A program made the translations under genes and the position numbers. Source: an uncultured bacterium (GTDB lineage: Bacteria > Babelota > Babeliae > Babelales > Vermiphilaceae). From it: a DNA stretch of 64,000 nt. This document shows positions 10,383 to 21,544 of the stretch, piece by piece. The number at the start of each line of letters is the position of its first letter. Within the stretch, counting starts at the first letter, position 1. Under the pieces are notes generated by a model. That model did no database searches and was not told the DNA's origin. It was given only the letters and a program-made list of their open reading frames with translations. The stretch is from positions 1,302,685-1,366,684 of the forward strand of contig OY968764.1 of the NCBI GenBank assembly GCA_963695335.1, given 5' to 3'.

Positions 10383-11189
10383 TTAATTTTCAGACAATTT
10401 TTGAAAGAAATCAATAATCTCTTTAAATTCATGATAATCAAGGGAACGTTGAATTAAATAAGCACTTCGATTTAAAGCATTAAACATCTCTTGTCTATAA
10501 CCAAGAATACCTAATGCCAAACTATAATGAACATAACTATTATAATAACTATTTTTATAAGAAAAATGCTGAGCCCAAGCTATTACCGCTTTTTGGGCAT
10601 AATCCAAAGCTTCCACTTTATTACCCGCAATAAGCAGTTGTTTAGCGTAGTTAGCAGCTCCAACACCCTGACAATAATAACCACGACTACCATGCTGATG
10701 AAGAAGACCTTCTGTTCTTTCATAATCAGCGATCATTGCTAATCCATTTTCATATTGTTCTTTATATTTCCCAAAACGATAAAAATATTCATTTTTAAAA
10801 CTATATATTTCAGGTTTCGGCTTACCTTCTATCTCATTCATAAGTTTATTAAAAACTTCTGTAGATTTTATAACCATTCTACTTTGTAATTCACCATCAA
10901 AATTTTCTGAATGATCACCAAGCAATGCCGCAAAAAATGACTGGAGACTAAAATCATTTGGGAACTTTTCTATTCCTAAAAAAATAATTTCTAATGATTT
11001 TTCATAATCGGCAGCTTGCACTGCTTTAAATGCAGCATCAGTTATTGTTACAGCTTCTTCTGATACTATATTACTCGTTGGCGACAGTGAAACACTAAGA
11101 ACTCGTTCTATAGTTTCTGATGCTATGATAAATGAATTAAAAGAAAAAATTATTATAAAAACTCTTAAAGCATAAAAATAAAATCGCAT
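10383..11189 (-). CDS. Hypothetical exported helical (TPR-like) protein
   Basis: RBS-like GAGGA before ATG 11189; signal peptide; Tyr/Ala-rich helices. Confidence 0.5.
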   Translation of the reverse strand: MRFYFYALRVFIIIFSFNSFIIASETIERVLSVSLSPTSNIVSEEAVTITDAAFKAVQAADYEKSLEIIFLGIEKFPNDFSLQSFFAALLGDHSENFDGELQSRMVIKSTEVFNKLMNEIEGKPKPEIYSFKNEYFYRFGKYKEQYENGLAMIADYERTEGLLHQHGSRGYYCQGVGAANYAKQLLIAGNKVEALDYAQKAVIAWAQHFSYKNSYYNSYVHYSLALGILGYRQEMFNALNRSAYLIQRSLDYHEFKEIIDFFQKLSEN

Positions 11190-11250
11190 ATTACATTCCT
11201 CATAAACAAATAAAAAAACTGAAATACAGTAAAAGCAAAACATATAAAAC

Positions 11251-11326
11251 TTCATTACCATGTATTGCTGCAATTTTTGTAACCAATTTTGATTGATAAG
11301 GATTTTCCCAAAAAACTTTTTTCATA
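11251..11326 (-). pseudogene. Duplicated 5' 25 codons of alaX (direct repeat of 10250-10325)
   Basis: 76 bp with 3 mismatches, all synonymous. Confidence 0.85.
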
Positions 11327-11347
11327 TAATCATCTTAGCTTAAAAAA

Positions 11348-12658
11348 TCATTGAAGTTTGTTATCAAAAAGCTGTATCTCAAATTGCATAAGACGTTTAG
11401 CACCACGTGTTGCAGGATATTTTTCAATTAAATCATCCAATGTTTTACTAACAAACTGTCGTCGTTCATTTTCGTTCAGTATCACTTTTTTTAAAACTTC
11501 ATCTAATGCACAAGCTGTTTTTTCAATAGTTTCATCGCAATCAACATTGCAAAGTATAATTATTAATAAATCATTTTCTGGTATATAAAGCATATCTGAG
11601 GAATAAGAACCAATTTTACCATTGTGACATAATATTCCATTTTTATTGAGTATCCCATAACCGTAATCTTTTAAATTTGGCATTATCAATAATGCATACA
11701 ACTGTTTGGGCAATAAAATATCAGTTTTATGAAGAGCTCTATTCCATTTTATAAGATCTTCAATAGTAGAAACAATACCACCCGCACCACATGCATTACT
11801 AATATCATGACACATTGTTAACGCAGGTTCTGTTAGAAAACATTCAATGTTTGTAATGTTATAAACCTGTTCCGGTACCAAAGCATGACAATGTTCTTGT
11901 TTAATATGCTTCCAAGTTCCATACACAGGATGTCGTGTATCATACATTTCAACTGAATTACATAAATTTTCAATATATTGAGCAAATGATATGCCAGACA
12001 AAGTTGCAACCACTTCTGTAAGTAACAAATATCCCTCATTTGAGTACGAATAACTTGTTCCTGGTTTAAACATAAGAGGTTCCTGTGCAGATACAGCTAT
12101 AATCTCCGATACACTGTGTGGCACACTAAGCCTATTCCAAACTCCGTCAAATCCTTCCTTATCAAAAGTGATTTTTACTGATCCAGTAATTCCTGCCGTA
12201 TGAGTAAGTAAATGATGTAATGTTATTTCATTTGCCCATTCGGGCATCAGATTATTCCATACCACGTGATGAGCTGGAAGAAAATATGATAAAGACTTAT
12301 GGAGCTGATTTTTTACCATTTCACATTTTTCAAATTCTGTATCTCCGTTGCTTTTGGTATATAAAATACGGAGTAAAGCAACTGCAGTAAATTGTTTTGA
12401 AATTGACCCAATTAAAAATTGAGCTTTACCATTAGTAGCGCATAAACCAACATCTTTACTCCATTCATGCATAATAACATTATTGTTTTGAGCAATATAT
12501 ACCTCTCCATCAAGCACATTGCTTTGTTGTAATTCTTTAACTAATGCACAAAGAGAACTTACATTCGTAGATGAATCCATAAAAGTCAAACTACTAACCA
12601 CCATCATGGTACAAAAAAATAAACTCAGCACTACGAGGCGAATATAATAAATTAACAT
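11348..12658 (-). CDS. Serine hydrolase, beta-lactamase (class C/AmpC-like) family
   Basis: GSISKQF (SxxK), LLTHTAG, YSYSN, HNG. Confidence 0.9.
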   Translation of the reverse strand: MLIYYIRLVVLSLFFCTMMVVSSLTFMDSSTNVSSLCALVKELQQSNVLDGEVYIAQNNNVIMHEWSKDVGLCATNGKAQFLIGSISKQFTAVALLRILYTKSNGDTEFEKCEMVKNQLHKSLSYFLPAHHVVWNNLMPEWANEITLHHLLTHTAGITGSVKITFDKEGFDGVWNRLSVPHSVSEIIAVSAQEPLMFKPGTSYSYSNEGYLLLTEVVATLSGISFAQYIENLCNSVEMYDTRHPVYGTWKHIKQEHCHALVPEQVYNITNIECFLTEPALTMCHDISNACGAGGIVSTIEDLIKWNRALHKTDILLPKQLYALLIMPNLKDYGYGILNKNGILCHNGKIGSYSSDMLYIPENDLLIIILCNVDCDETIEKTACALDEVLKKVILNENERRQFVSKTLDDLIEKYPATRGAKRLMQFEIQLFDNKLQ

Positions 12659-12700
12659 ACATATCCTTTACAAGAAGATAAAAAATAACTGAATAGAATT

Positions 12701-13648
12701 TTATTGAAACTTGTTGTCAAAAAACTGTGTATAAAAATACTCAAGACCAATATCAGATGAGCCATTTTTGAGTTGAAAATCGATCGTAGCAAGACAATGA
12801 TGCGCATCGCGCAATTCATCCAAACTATACGCTGACCAATCACGGTTAATAAAAGAGAATGGTAATTTATATTGCGCTTTTTTTGCTTCTGCAATTTTTT
12901 TCTGTTGCATCAATTCAACATACATATATGCACGCCACAACTGATCTGCCCAAAAAGAAACCCAAAATGGTGGTAAATAGAGCTCGGACATATACGACCA
13001 TTGCCGGAAAAACAATCTATTTTTTTTACTAAAGAAATACTGACTTAACGTAAACAATGAACTTGTTGGTTCTGCCAAATGCTTCATCCACTCAGAAAAA
13101 AAATCTCCTGAATTTTTGCCAAGCAAAGCTTCATACTGCGCAAAAAAACAGGCTTTATCAAGCGACAATTGATCAGTGCGCATCACTAATTCTGATGCAA
13201 ATTCAGTTTTATCAGACAATGATGCACCATTCACCAAAAAACGAATTAAAAAATAGTCGCGTGGCGCCATCTCAGAAGGCAACTCTATAGATATTACTTG
13301 CGCTGCACTAACTGCAGTATCAGAAAAGAATACAACTCGATGCGGACCAGCATATGATCGCACATAATCCAACAATTCCTGTTGTTTTTTTGCTGGCAAA
13401 CTCACAAAATTTTCAAGGTAATAGGTAACTGCACCAGAAAATGACATCATTGAAAGCAATGATTTAATTGAGACTATATCAACATCAGTACAATTGATAG
13501 TTTCAAGGGAGCTACCATGTTTTTTCAAGAATGATGTGAGATAATAAAAGAAAAGAAGTGGATAATCACGCCCAGAAAAGCAAAACACGTCACCTTGCGG
13601 TAACTGTTTTGTTTTAGAAAGATGTTCTAAAAATTTTTGTACGATCAT
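12701..13648 (-). CDS. Probable DNA polymerase III delta subunit-like protein
   Basis: Size and C-terminal 'LATIDFQLKNG..LEYF' resemble HolA; the upstream ORF extension runs through a repeat. Confidence 0.45.
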   Translation of the reverse strand: MIVQKFLEHLSKTKQLPQGDVFCFSGRDYPLLFFYYLTSFLKKHGSSLETINCTDVDIVSIKSLLSMMSFSGAVTYYLENFVSLPAKKQQELLDYVRSYAGPHRVVFFSDTAVSAAQVISIELPSEMAPRDYFLIRFLVNGASLSDKTEFASELVMRTDQLSLDKACFFAQYEALLGKNSGDFFSEWMKHLAEPTSSLFTLSQYFFSKKNRLFFRQWSYMSELYLPPFWVSFWADQLWRAYMYVELMQQKKIAEAKKAQYKLPFSFINRDWSAYSLDELRDAHHCLATIDFQLKNGSSDIGLEYFYTQFFDNKFQ

Positions 13649-13672
13649 AATGTTTTTATTTACGCGCTTTAA

Positions 13673-13699
13673 TCCTTCAACAAGTTCAGGATGAGCGCG
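13673..13699 (-). repeat. Family-B palindromic repeat (empty, near-cognate IS110 target)
   Basis: Minus strand cgcgctcatcCTgaacttgttgaagga. Confidence 0.8.
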
Positions 13700-13730
13700 A
13701 TTAAAATTCACAATTTTTAGTTACGTTGTT

Positions 13731-14561
13731 TTACAGCGATGATTGCTGACGATTTTTTAAACTAAACATAGGAGCAGGTCGCTCAAACGTTTTATCGTGT
13801 GTCACGTCATGCGATGTATCTTTTTTAACTGAAGACTGACCATATGCCGCAAATAACTGTTGTGCTCCATGCTGTGCCATTGCACGTACACGCTCAAATG
13901 TTTCCCACTCAAGCGGAGCAGTTTCAGCACCACCTTGCATTTCAACAATCTTATCTGACTCTGTAATGACAAAATTAAAATCGGCGGTTGCAACACTATC
14001 TTCTTCGTAATTTAAATCAAGAAGAACATTGTCATCAACAACACCAACAGATACCGCTGCAATAGAATCTTTGATAATGGGATGCGTAATAATGCGTGAT
14101 TTTAACCACTGCTCTTGAGCCATTTTAAACGCAATAAATGCACCAGAAATTGCTGCTGTTCTTGTACCACCATCAGCTTGCAACACATCACAATCAATAG
14201 TAATCGTGCGTTCACCAATTGTTGAAACATCAACAATCGATCTAAAACATCTGCCAATAAAACGTGCAATTTCAACTGATCTGCCATTTTTGGCAGCTTG
14301 AGAACTTTCACGCTGTGTGCGTTGTGCAGTTGACGTTGGCAACAATGCATATTCTGCAGTCAACCAACCAGTGCCTTTACCACGCAAAAATGGAGGAACT
14401 CCATTTTGCAGTGTAACAGCACATAAAACTTTTGTTTTGCCCATCTCAAAAAGAACTGAACCTGCAGCAAATTCAGAAATACCGTGTGAAAAAGACACCG
14501 GTCGCAATTGATCCGGTGTCCGTTTATCATTTCTCATAACTTTCATGCCATCCATAACCAC
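13731..14561 (-). CDS. rph: Ribonuclease PH
   Basis: GWLTAEYALLP, DCDVLQADGGTRTA, LLDLNYEED. Confidence 0.97.
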   Translation of the reverse strand: MVMDGMKVMRNDKRTPDQLRPVSFSHGISEFAAGSVLFEMGKTKVLCAVTLQNGVPPFLRGKGTGWLTAEYALLPTSTAQRTQRESSQAAKNGRSVEIARFIGRCFRSIVDVSTIGERTITIDCDVLQADGGTRTAAISGAFIAFKMAQEQWLKSRIITHPIIKDSIAAVSVGVVDDNVLLDLNYEEDSVATADFNFVITESDKIVEMQGGAETAPLEWETFERVRAMAQHGAQQLFAAYGQSSVKKDTSHDVTHDKTFERPAPMFSLKNRQQSSL

Positions 14562-14570
14562 TCGCTCACT

Positions 14571-16655
14571 CTATGATAAAAGTTTAAGACTTGTGCGACC
14601 AGTTACTGGGTCATGATCTAATACTTCAACTTTAACTTCATCATCAACTTTGATAGTTTGCATGAAGTTTCTTTGCATATCTCTTGGTAAATTAGAAACA
14701 TGCGCAAGTCCATCAAGGCCCGGAACAAGCTCAACAAAAATACCAAAATCAACAATACGACTTACTTTACCGTTAAATATAGCACCTTTTTCTATTTGAC
14801 CTGCCAATGTTTTAACCCAACGAACAGCAAGATCAATCTGAGCTTCAGGGCCACCAAAAATTTTAACTAAACCATCTGGTTCAATATCAATTGATGTTCC
14901 AGTGGTTTCAGTGATTTCACGAATTGTTTTACCACCAGAACCAATAATAGCACCAATTTTATCAGGAATAATATTCAATGTAATAACTTTTGGAACTAAC
15001 GGAGAAAGTTCTGCATTAGGAGCTGTCATCACTTTACGCATTTCGCCAAGGATATGTAAACGTCCTACACGTGCTTGTTCAAGTGCTTGTTCAAACACAT
15101 TGCGTGGTAAGCCACCTTTATGTTTCACATCCATTTGAATTGCAGTAATACCGCTATCAGTACCAACAACTTTAAAATCCATTAAACCAAACGCATCTTC
15201 AAAACCAGAAATATCTGTCAATGGTGCGAAAACCCCTGGAGTATTTTCTAGAAGACCCATTGCAACACCAGCAACCATCTTTTTAAGAGGTACACCAGCA
15301 TCCATCATTGCCATTGTTGTTGAACATGCTGTTGCCATAGAAGAAGAACCATCAGATTCTAAAATATCTGCCACAACACGAATTGTGTACGGAAAATCTT
15401 TTGGTGCTGGACGTAAAAATTCAAACGCTGAACGCGCTAAGTATCCATGACCAGTTTCACGCCTGCTTGTACCACGCATTGGCTTAACTTCACCAGTTGC
15501 AAAAGGAGGGAAGTTATAATGCAACATGAATAACCCTTCATCAGGATTTTCATTCATCAATGTATCAAACTTTTGTTCATCTTCACCGCTACCAAGCGTT
15601 ACAGTTGCAAGCGCTTGTGTGTTGCCACGAGTGAATAGCGCATGATCCATGAGTGCCAGGTAAAAGACCAACTTCAACGGAAATTGGGCGAACTGTTGTC
15701 AAAGTCACGTCCATCAACACGTTTATTGGTCTTGAAAATCATTGCACTTAATTTTTCTTGTAATTCATCGCTAATAATATAATCAATTACAGAAACAGGA
15801 ACTTGAGACTCTTCAATGCGTTGCTTATATTCTTCAGCAAACTCTTTTTTGAGTTCTGAAACTGCATTGTAACGTTCATGCTTATCAATTGTATTAACAC
15901 GCTTTACACGATCATCAGTAAGAAAAGAACTTACTTCACTTTTCCAAGTACCAAATTGATAAATATCTTCAACTGGAGTCTCTTGATAGTTAAGAGCTTG
16001 CTGAATCTCTTTTTGCCATGCGATTTGTTTTTTAATTTTTTCATGCGCTTGGAACATAACATCAACAAATTCTTTTTCGCTCAACTCATTCGTTGAACCT
16101 TCAACCATGTTGATGCCTTCATCTGTTCCTGCAACAACAATACGCATATCAGATGCAAGTTGTTCTGGATGTGTTGGATTGAATATCCAATTACCATTAA
16201 CACGCCCAATTTCAATAACACCAATTGGCCCCAAAAAAGGGATCTTTGAAATTGATAATGCTATAGATGCAGCTAAAAGAGAATTAGTATTAGGTGCGTG
16301 TGTCTTTATCAACAGAATAGACAGTTGTAATAACTTGTAATTGATTGAAATAGTTATAAGGAAACAATGGACGAATCGCGCGATCAATGAGACGGCTTGT
16401 CAAAACTTCACGATCAGAAAGTTTACCTTCTCGTTTAAAATATCCACCAGGGATTTTTCCTGCAGCTGAATACATTTCACGATATTCAATTGTCAATGGT
16501 AAAAAACCAGGGAACTCTTTAGATGGAGCTGATGTTGCTGCTGCCAAAATAACCGTTCCACCTTGCTTAAACAATACTGCGCCATCTGCTTGACGAGCTA
16601 CTTTGCCAATCTCAACTTCAAAGCCAAATTCTTCATTTTTAAACGTTCGTACCAT
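14571..16655 (-). CDS. pnp: Polyribonucleotide nucleotidyltransferase (three +1 frameshifts, probably sequencing errors)
   Basis: ARQADGAV, TSRLIDRAIRPLF, FTRGNTQ, SDGSSSMA, KH and S1 domains spread over three ORFs; removing 3 nt gives 694 codons. Confidence 0.95.
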
Positions 16656-16704
16656 TTCTAAGGGACCTATTCATAATAATTTTAGGATAAACTTGTCTTA
16701 TATA

Positions 16705-16738
16705 TAAAAAAGTAGCTGCGATTGCAGCTACAATTTTT
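16705..16738 (-). terminator. Hairpin terminator downstream of rpsO
   Basis: gtagctgc-gatt-gcagctac flanked by A/T runs. Confidence 0.7.
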
Positions 16739-16744
16739 TATTTT

Positions 16745-17014
16745 TTACTTACGTAAGCCAAGCTTCGCTAGTAATTCTTTATACTTATTTTCGTCGTTTT
16801 TTTGTATATATTGCAAGAAACCACGACGAGCACATACCATTTTTAACAATCCACGACGAGTGCTAAAATCTTTTGGATTTTTTTGACAATGTTCAGTCAA
16901 TCTATTGATATTTTTAGTCAATAAAGCAACTTGAACTTGTGATGAACCTGTGTCTTGAGCATTTATGCCAAATTCATTAACAATCGCTTGTTTTTCTTCT
17001 CTTGTTACCGCCAT
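16745..17014 (-). CDS. rpsO: 30S ribosomal protein S15
   Basis: DTGSSQVQVALLT, KDFSTRRGLLKMV, LGLRK. Confidence 0.97.
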   Translation of the reverse strand: MAVTREEKQAIVNEFGINAQDTGSSQVQVALLTKNINRLTEHCQKNPKDFSTRRGLLKMVCARRGFLQYIQKNDENKYKELLAKLGLRK

Positions 17015-17187
17015 GGAATGACTCCTTAAGCCCCCAACTCCCATCACTTTTTTACTGGAAACCCTCCAATAAAAAGAAACAGGCTATACAATATTTGTTG
17101 GGTTGTGAATTAAATAATTTCTATTCTTTGTTCTTCTTAGTATACCAGAATATCAAATCTTTGAAAATTTGATTTTTTATCTTATCG

Positions 17188-17279
17188 CCCTACTTCGCCA
17201 AGGCTACGAAGGGCTAACCGCGCCATACTCCGCCCTTCTTTCTTACGGGCACCCGACCGCAGCGCTAGCGTAGGTTGGG
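17188..17279. repeat. Cluster of GC-rich palindromes including a family-A variant
   Basis: ccctacttcgccaaggctacgaaggg; cccgaccgcagcgctagcgtaggttggg. Confidence 0.55.
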
Positions 17280-17288
17280 TTAAAAGTA

Positions 17289-17363
17289 TGGTAGGCGCGA
17301 GCGGAATTGAACCGCTGACCCTTGCTACGTCAAAGCAATGCTCTGCCCCTGAGCTACGCGCCT
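17289..17363 (-). tRNA. tRNA-Val(GAC)
   Basis: Cloverleaf, anticodon loop TTGACGT, CCA end. Confidence 0.95.
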
Positions 17364-17411
17364 AAAACCCCAGTTACGCTCCGCTTCACTGGGGGCTCCG
17401 TTTAAAAGATT

Positions 17412-20400
17412 TTATATACCTGAAGCTGAGTTATCTCTCGCATCACGACGTTCTCCTTCTTGAGCTTGCCGCTCAAGATCAGAAAGATCGTCTCCTAGGT
17501 ATCGTTTTCTAAATGACTTAACACCAGTTCCTGCAGGAATTAACTTACCTACAATCACATTTTCTTTTAAGCCATAGAGATGATCAATTTGTCCACTAAT
17601 TGCTGCTTCAGTAAGGATTCGTGTTGTTTCTTGGAATGATGCAGCAGAAATAAAGCTTTCTGTACCCAATGAAGCCTGAGTAAGACCCATAAGTATAGGT
17701 TTTGCCACAGCAGGACGTTTACCTTGCGCACGCAATGCACTATTTACCGTTTGAAAGTGAACAGAATCCACACGATCTCCAATCAAGAAATCACTATCAC
17801 CATTGTCAATCAACACGAACTTTACGTAACATCTGACGAACAATCAACTCAATATGGCGATCATTAATATCAACATCTTGTAAGCGATAAATTTCTTGAA
17901 TTTGATCCACAAGATAACGTTGAACTTTTTCAGCACCCATGATACGCAACATATCATGAAGCACTGGAGCACCTGCTGTTAACGGATCACCTGCACTCAC
18001 GTGCTCACCATCAACAACGTTCAACTGTTTACCACGTGGTACCAAATATTCATGGCGATCTGCACCAGTTACAACACTCACTTTTCTAAAGCCGCGATGT
18101 AATCCACCAATTACAACTTCTCCATCAATATCAGATAAAATAGCTGCATCTTTTGGACTTCGTGCTTCAAAAAGTTCTGCAATACGAGGCAAACCACCCG
18201 TGGTAATATCTTTTGATTTTGCAACTTCACGAGGCATTTTAACCAAAACATCACCAATATTAACGCGTTGTTTTTCAAGAACGTTCACATAAGAACCTTC
18301 AGGAAGGAAGTACTGAGTTAACTCTTCACCTCTATCATCAACAATACTAATTGCTGGCTGATATTGTTCTCCACGAGTTCCCATAACGATTGTTCTTGAT
18401 TTACCCGTTGCTTCATCAGAACGTTCATGAATCGTTACGTTTTTGATAAGATCAAGATACACAACTGTTCCTGCTTTTTCAGTCATAAGAACTTTATTGT
18501 TAGCATCCCAATCAGCAAGTTTAGTACCCGCTTTAACTTCTTGTTTATCTTTAACATGAACAATTGAACCATATTCTAAAGCATGTTGTTGTAATTCGCG
18601 ACCATCTGGAGCAACAATAAGAAGTCGAGCTTTTCTACTCATAACCACCATTTGCCCTTGTGGATCAATAACTACACGAACTCCATGCCATTCAATTGTT
18701 CCATCATATTTTGCATTAATAAATGGTTGCTCACTCAGACCACTCGCCAAACCACCAATATGGAATGTTCTCATGGTAAGCTGAGTACCAGGTTCACCAA
18801 TTGATTGCGCTGCAATAATACCAACAGTTGTACCTTCATCAACCAATCTTCCTTTAGATAAGATCATAACCATAACAAAGTGCACATACACCACGTTTAG
18901 CCTGACAAGAAAGAACTGATCGAACAAGAATCTTAGAAACTGCAGTACCATCAAGCTTCATCATCATTTCACGCGTAACTATATCACCACGGCTCAAAAG
19001 AAACTCCCCGCTTACTGGATCTTTAAGATCCGCTGCAAGAACACGACCAAATACACGTTTACCCATTGGATATACCGTATCGCCCGCTTCTTTTAAATCT
19101 GAAATTTCTAAATAGCCAAGTGTATTACAATCATGCATTGTCACAACAACATCTTGAGCAACATCTACCAATCGACGAGTCAAGTAACCAGAATTTGCTG
19201 TTTTCAACGCTGTATCGGACTGACCTTTACGAGCACCGTTCGTTGAAATGAAGTATTCAAAAACACTCAAACCTTGTTTAAAGTTCGATTTAACTGGTAT
19301 TTCAATAATTTCACCAGTTGGTTTTGACATCAATCCACGCATACCAACAAGCTGTTTAATCTGATCTTTTGTACCACGAGCCCCTGATTCTAACATCATA
19401 AAGACAGGGTTAAATGGTTTATTCAAATGATCTTCATTCGCAAAGACTTTTTTGTCTGCTACATCAAGCTCATTATACATAGTTTGCGCAACAGCAGCTG
19501 TTGCATCTCGCCAAATACTAACAACTTTGTTGTAACGTTCACCGTTGGTAATAACACCATCCATATATAATGATTCAATTTTCTCAACTTCTTTTTCAGC
19601 TTTTTGTACAAGAGCATCTTTTTCTGCCGGAACAATAAGATCATTAAGAGAGAGAGACATGCCTGAAATAGTTGCGTAATAAAAACCAAGATGTTTAATT
19701 CTATCTAAGCATGAAACAGTTGCATCTTTACCAAATTGATAGTAAATCAATTCTATCAATTTACCTAAATCGCTCCGTTTCAATATTTTATTAATTGGTT
19801 GGAAAGTGAAATCCTTCAGGGAAAGATTCATACACCAACACACGTCCAACTGTTGTTTCAACAATTTCATTATTAAATAAACGTACTTTTATTTGCGCAT
19901 GAAGATCTACGCTGCCAGCATTGGAAAGCGGTAACAACTTCAGCAACACTTGAGAAACGTAATTCCTTCCCCTTTTGACCCTTTACGAATCTTGGTCATA
20001 TAGTGAAGACCAAGAACCATATCTTGAGAAGGAACAGTTACAGGACGTCCATTTGAAGGAGAAAGAATATTATTTGTTGATAAAATTAAACGTTCACCTT
20101 CTAATTGAGATTTTTTGCTCAATGGTAAATGCACTGCCATCTGGTCACCATCAAAATCCGCATTAAATGCAGAACAAACGAGAGGGTGAATTTTGATTGC
20201 TTTACCATCAACAAGAATCGGATAGAATCCTTGAATACCAAGTCGATGCAACGTTGGTGCACGGTTTAAAAGTACTGGTCTATTTTTTACGATATCTTCC
20301 AATACATCCCATACTTCTGGCTCCAATTCTTCAACCATACGACGTGCAACACGCATATTAGGCGCTAATTCACGCTCAATAAGCCCTGCATAAATATATG

Positions 20401-21544
20401 GTTTGAAAAGTTCTAACGCCATAACTTTTGGAATGCCGCATTGATCCATACGTAATTCTGGATCAACAACAATCACAGATCGTCCTGAATAGTCTACACG
20501 ACGACCAAGAAGGTTTTGTCTGAAACGTCCTTGCTTACCACGAAGCATTTCACTCAATGACTTTAACGGACGTTTATTAGATCCACGTACAGCTTGGCCT
20601 CTGCGACCATTATCAACAAGCGCATCAACCGCTTCTTGAAGCATACGTTTTTCGTTTTTAATAATGACACCAGGAGCATCAATTTCCATAAGTCGTTGTA
20701 AACGAATATTTCTATTCAATACACGACGATATAATTCATTCAAATCAGAGCTTGCAAAGCGTCCACCTTCAAGTGGTACTAATGGGCGTAAATCAGGCGG
20801 AAGAACTGGCAATACAGTTAAAATCATCCATTCAGGACTAATGTCACCATTCATAAGACCAGTGAGCACCTTCATACGGCGCATTATTTTGTGACGCACA
20901 GCAATAGAACTTGTATGACTATAATCAGATTGAAGTTTTTCTATTTCAATCTTTAAATCCATAAAACTTAAAATAAGACGAATCGCTTCTGCGCCTATTT
21001 CAGCTAAGAATTCAGTATCATCAGTCCGCTGCATGATGTAATTTTCATATTCTGTAGAACTTAATAACGTCTTAGCAGGATACGGAGATTTACCTTGTCG
21101 TACAACCATGTACATATCAAAATAAATAACTCGTTCTAAATCCTTCACCGGCATATCAAGAACTAAACCAAGATAACTTGGAATACCTTTGAGGTACCAA
21201 ATATGACACACAGGAGCAACAAGCTGAATGTGTCCCATTCTTTCACGACGGACACGTGACTGAATAACCTCAACGCCACATTTTTCACAGGTAATACCAC
21301 GATGTTTCATGCGTTTATATTTACCGCAATTACATTCCCAGTCTTTTACCGGACCAAAAATACGAGCGCAAAACAGTCCATCTCGCTCAGGCTTTAATGT
21401 TCTATAGTTGATTGTCTCAATTTTTTTCACTTCGCCATATGATAACGAGCGAATTTTTTTAGGAGATGCAAGACTAATTTTGATAACATTAAAACGTGTA
21501 ACGCTTATATATTCTTTAAACCGTTCTAACATTTGATTACTCAT
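17412..21544 (-). CDS. rpoC: RNA polymerase beta' subunit (five +1 frameshifts, probably sequencing errors)
   Basis: NADFDGD, N-terminal Zn finger, [24 protein letters not shown]; removing 5 nt gives 1376 codons. Confidence 0.97.

Noticed and set aside
13649..13711. N-terminal extension 'MNFNRAHPELVEG' of the HolA-like ORF
   Set aside because: It is translation through a family-B repeat; ATG 13648 is the more plausible start
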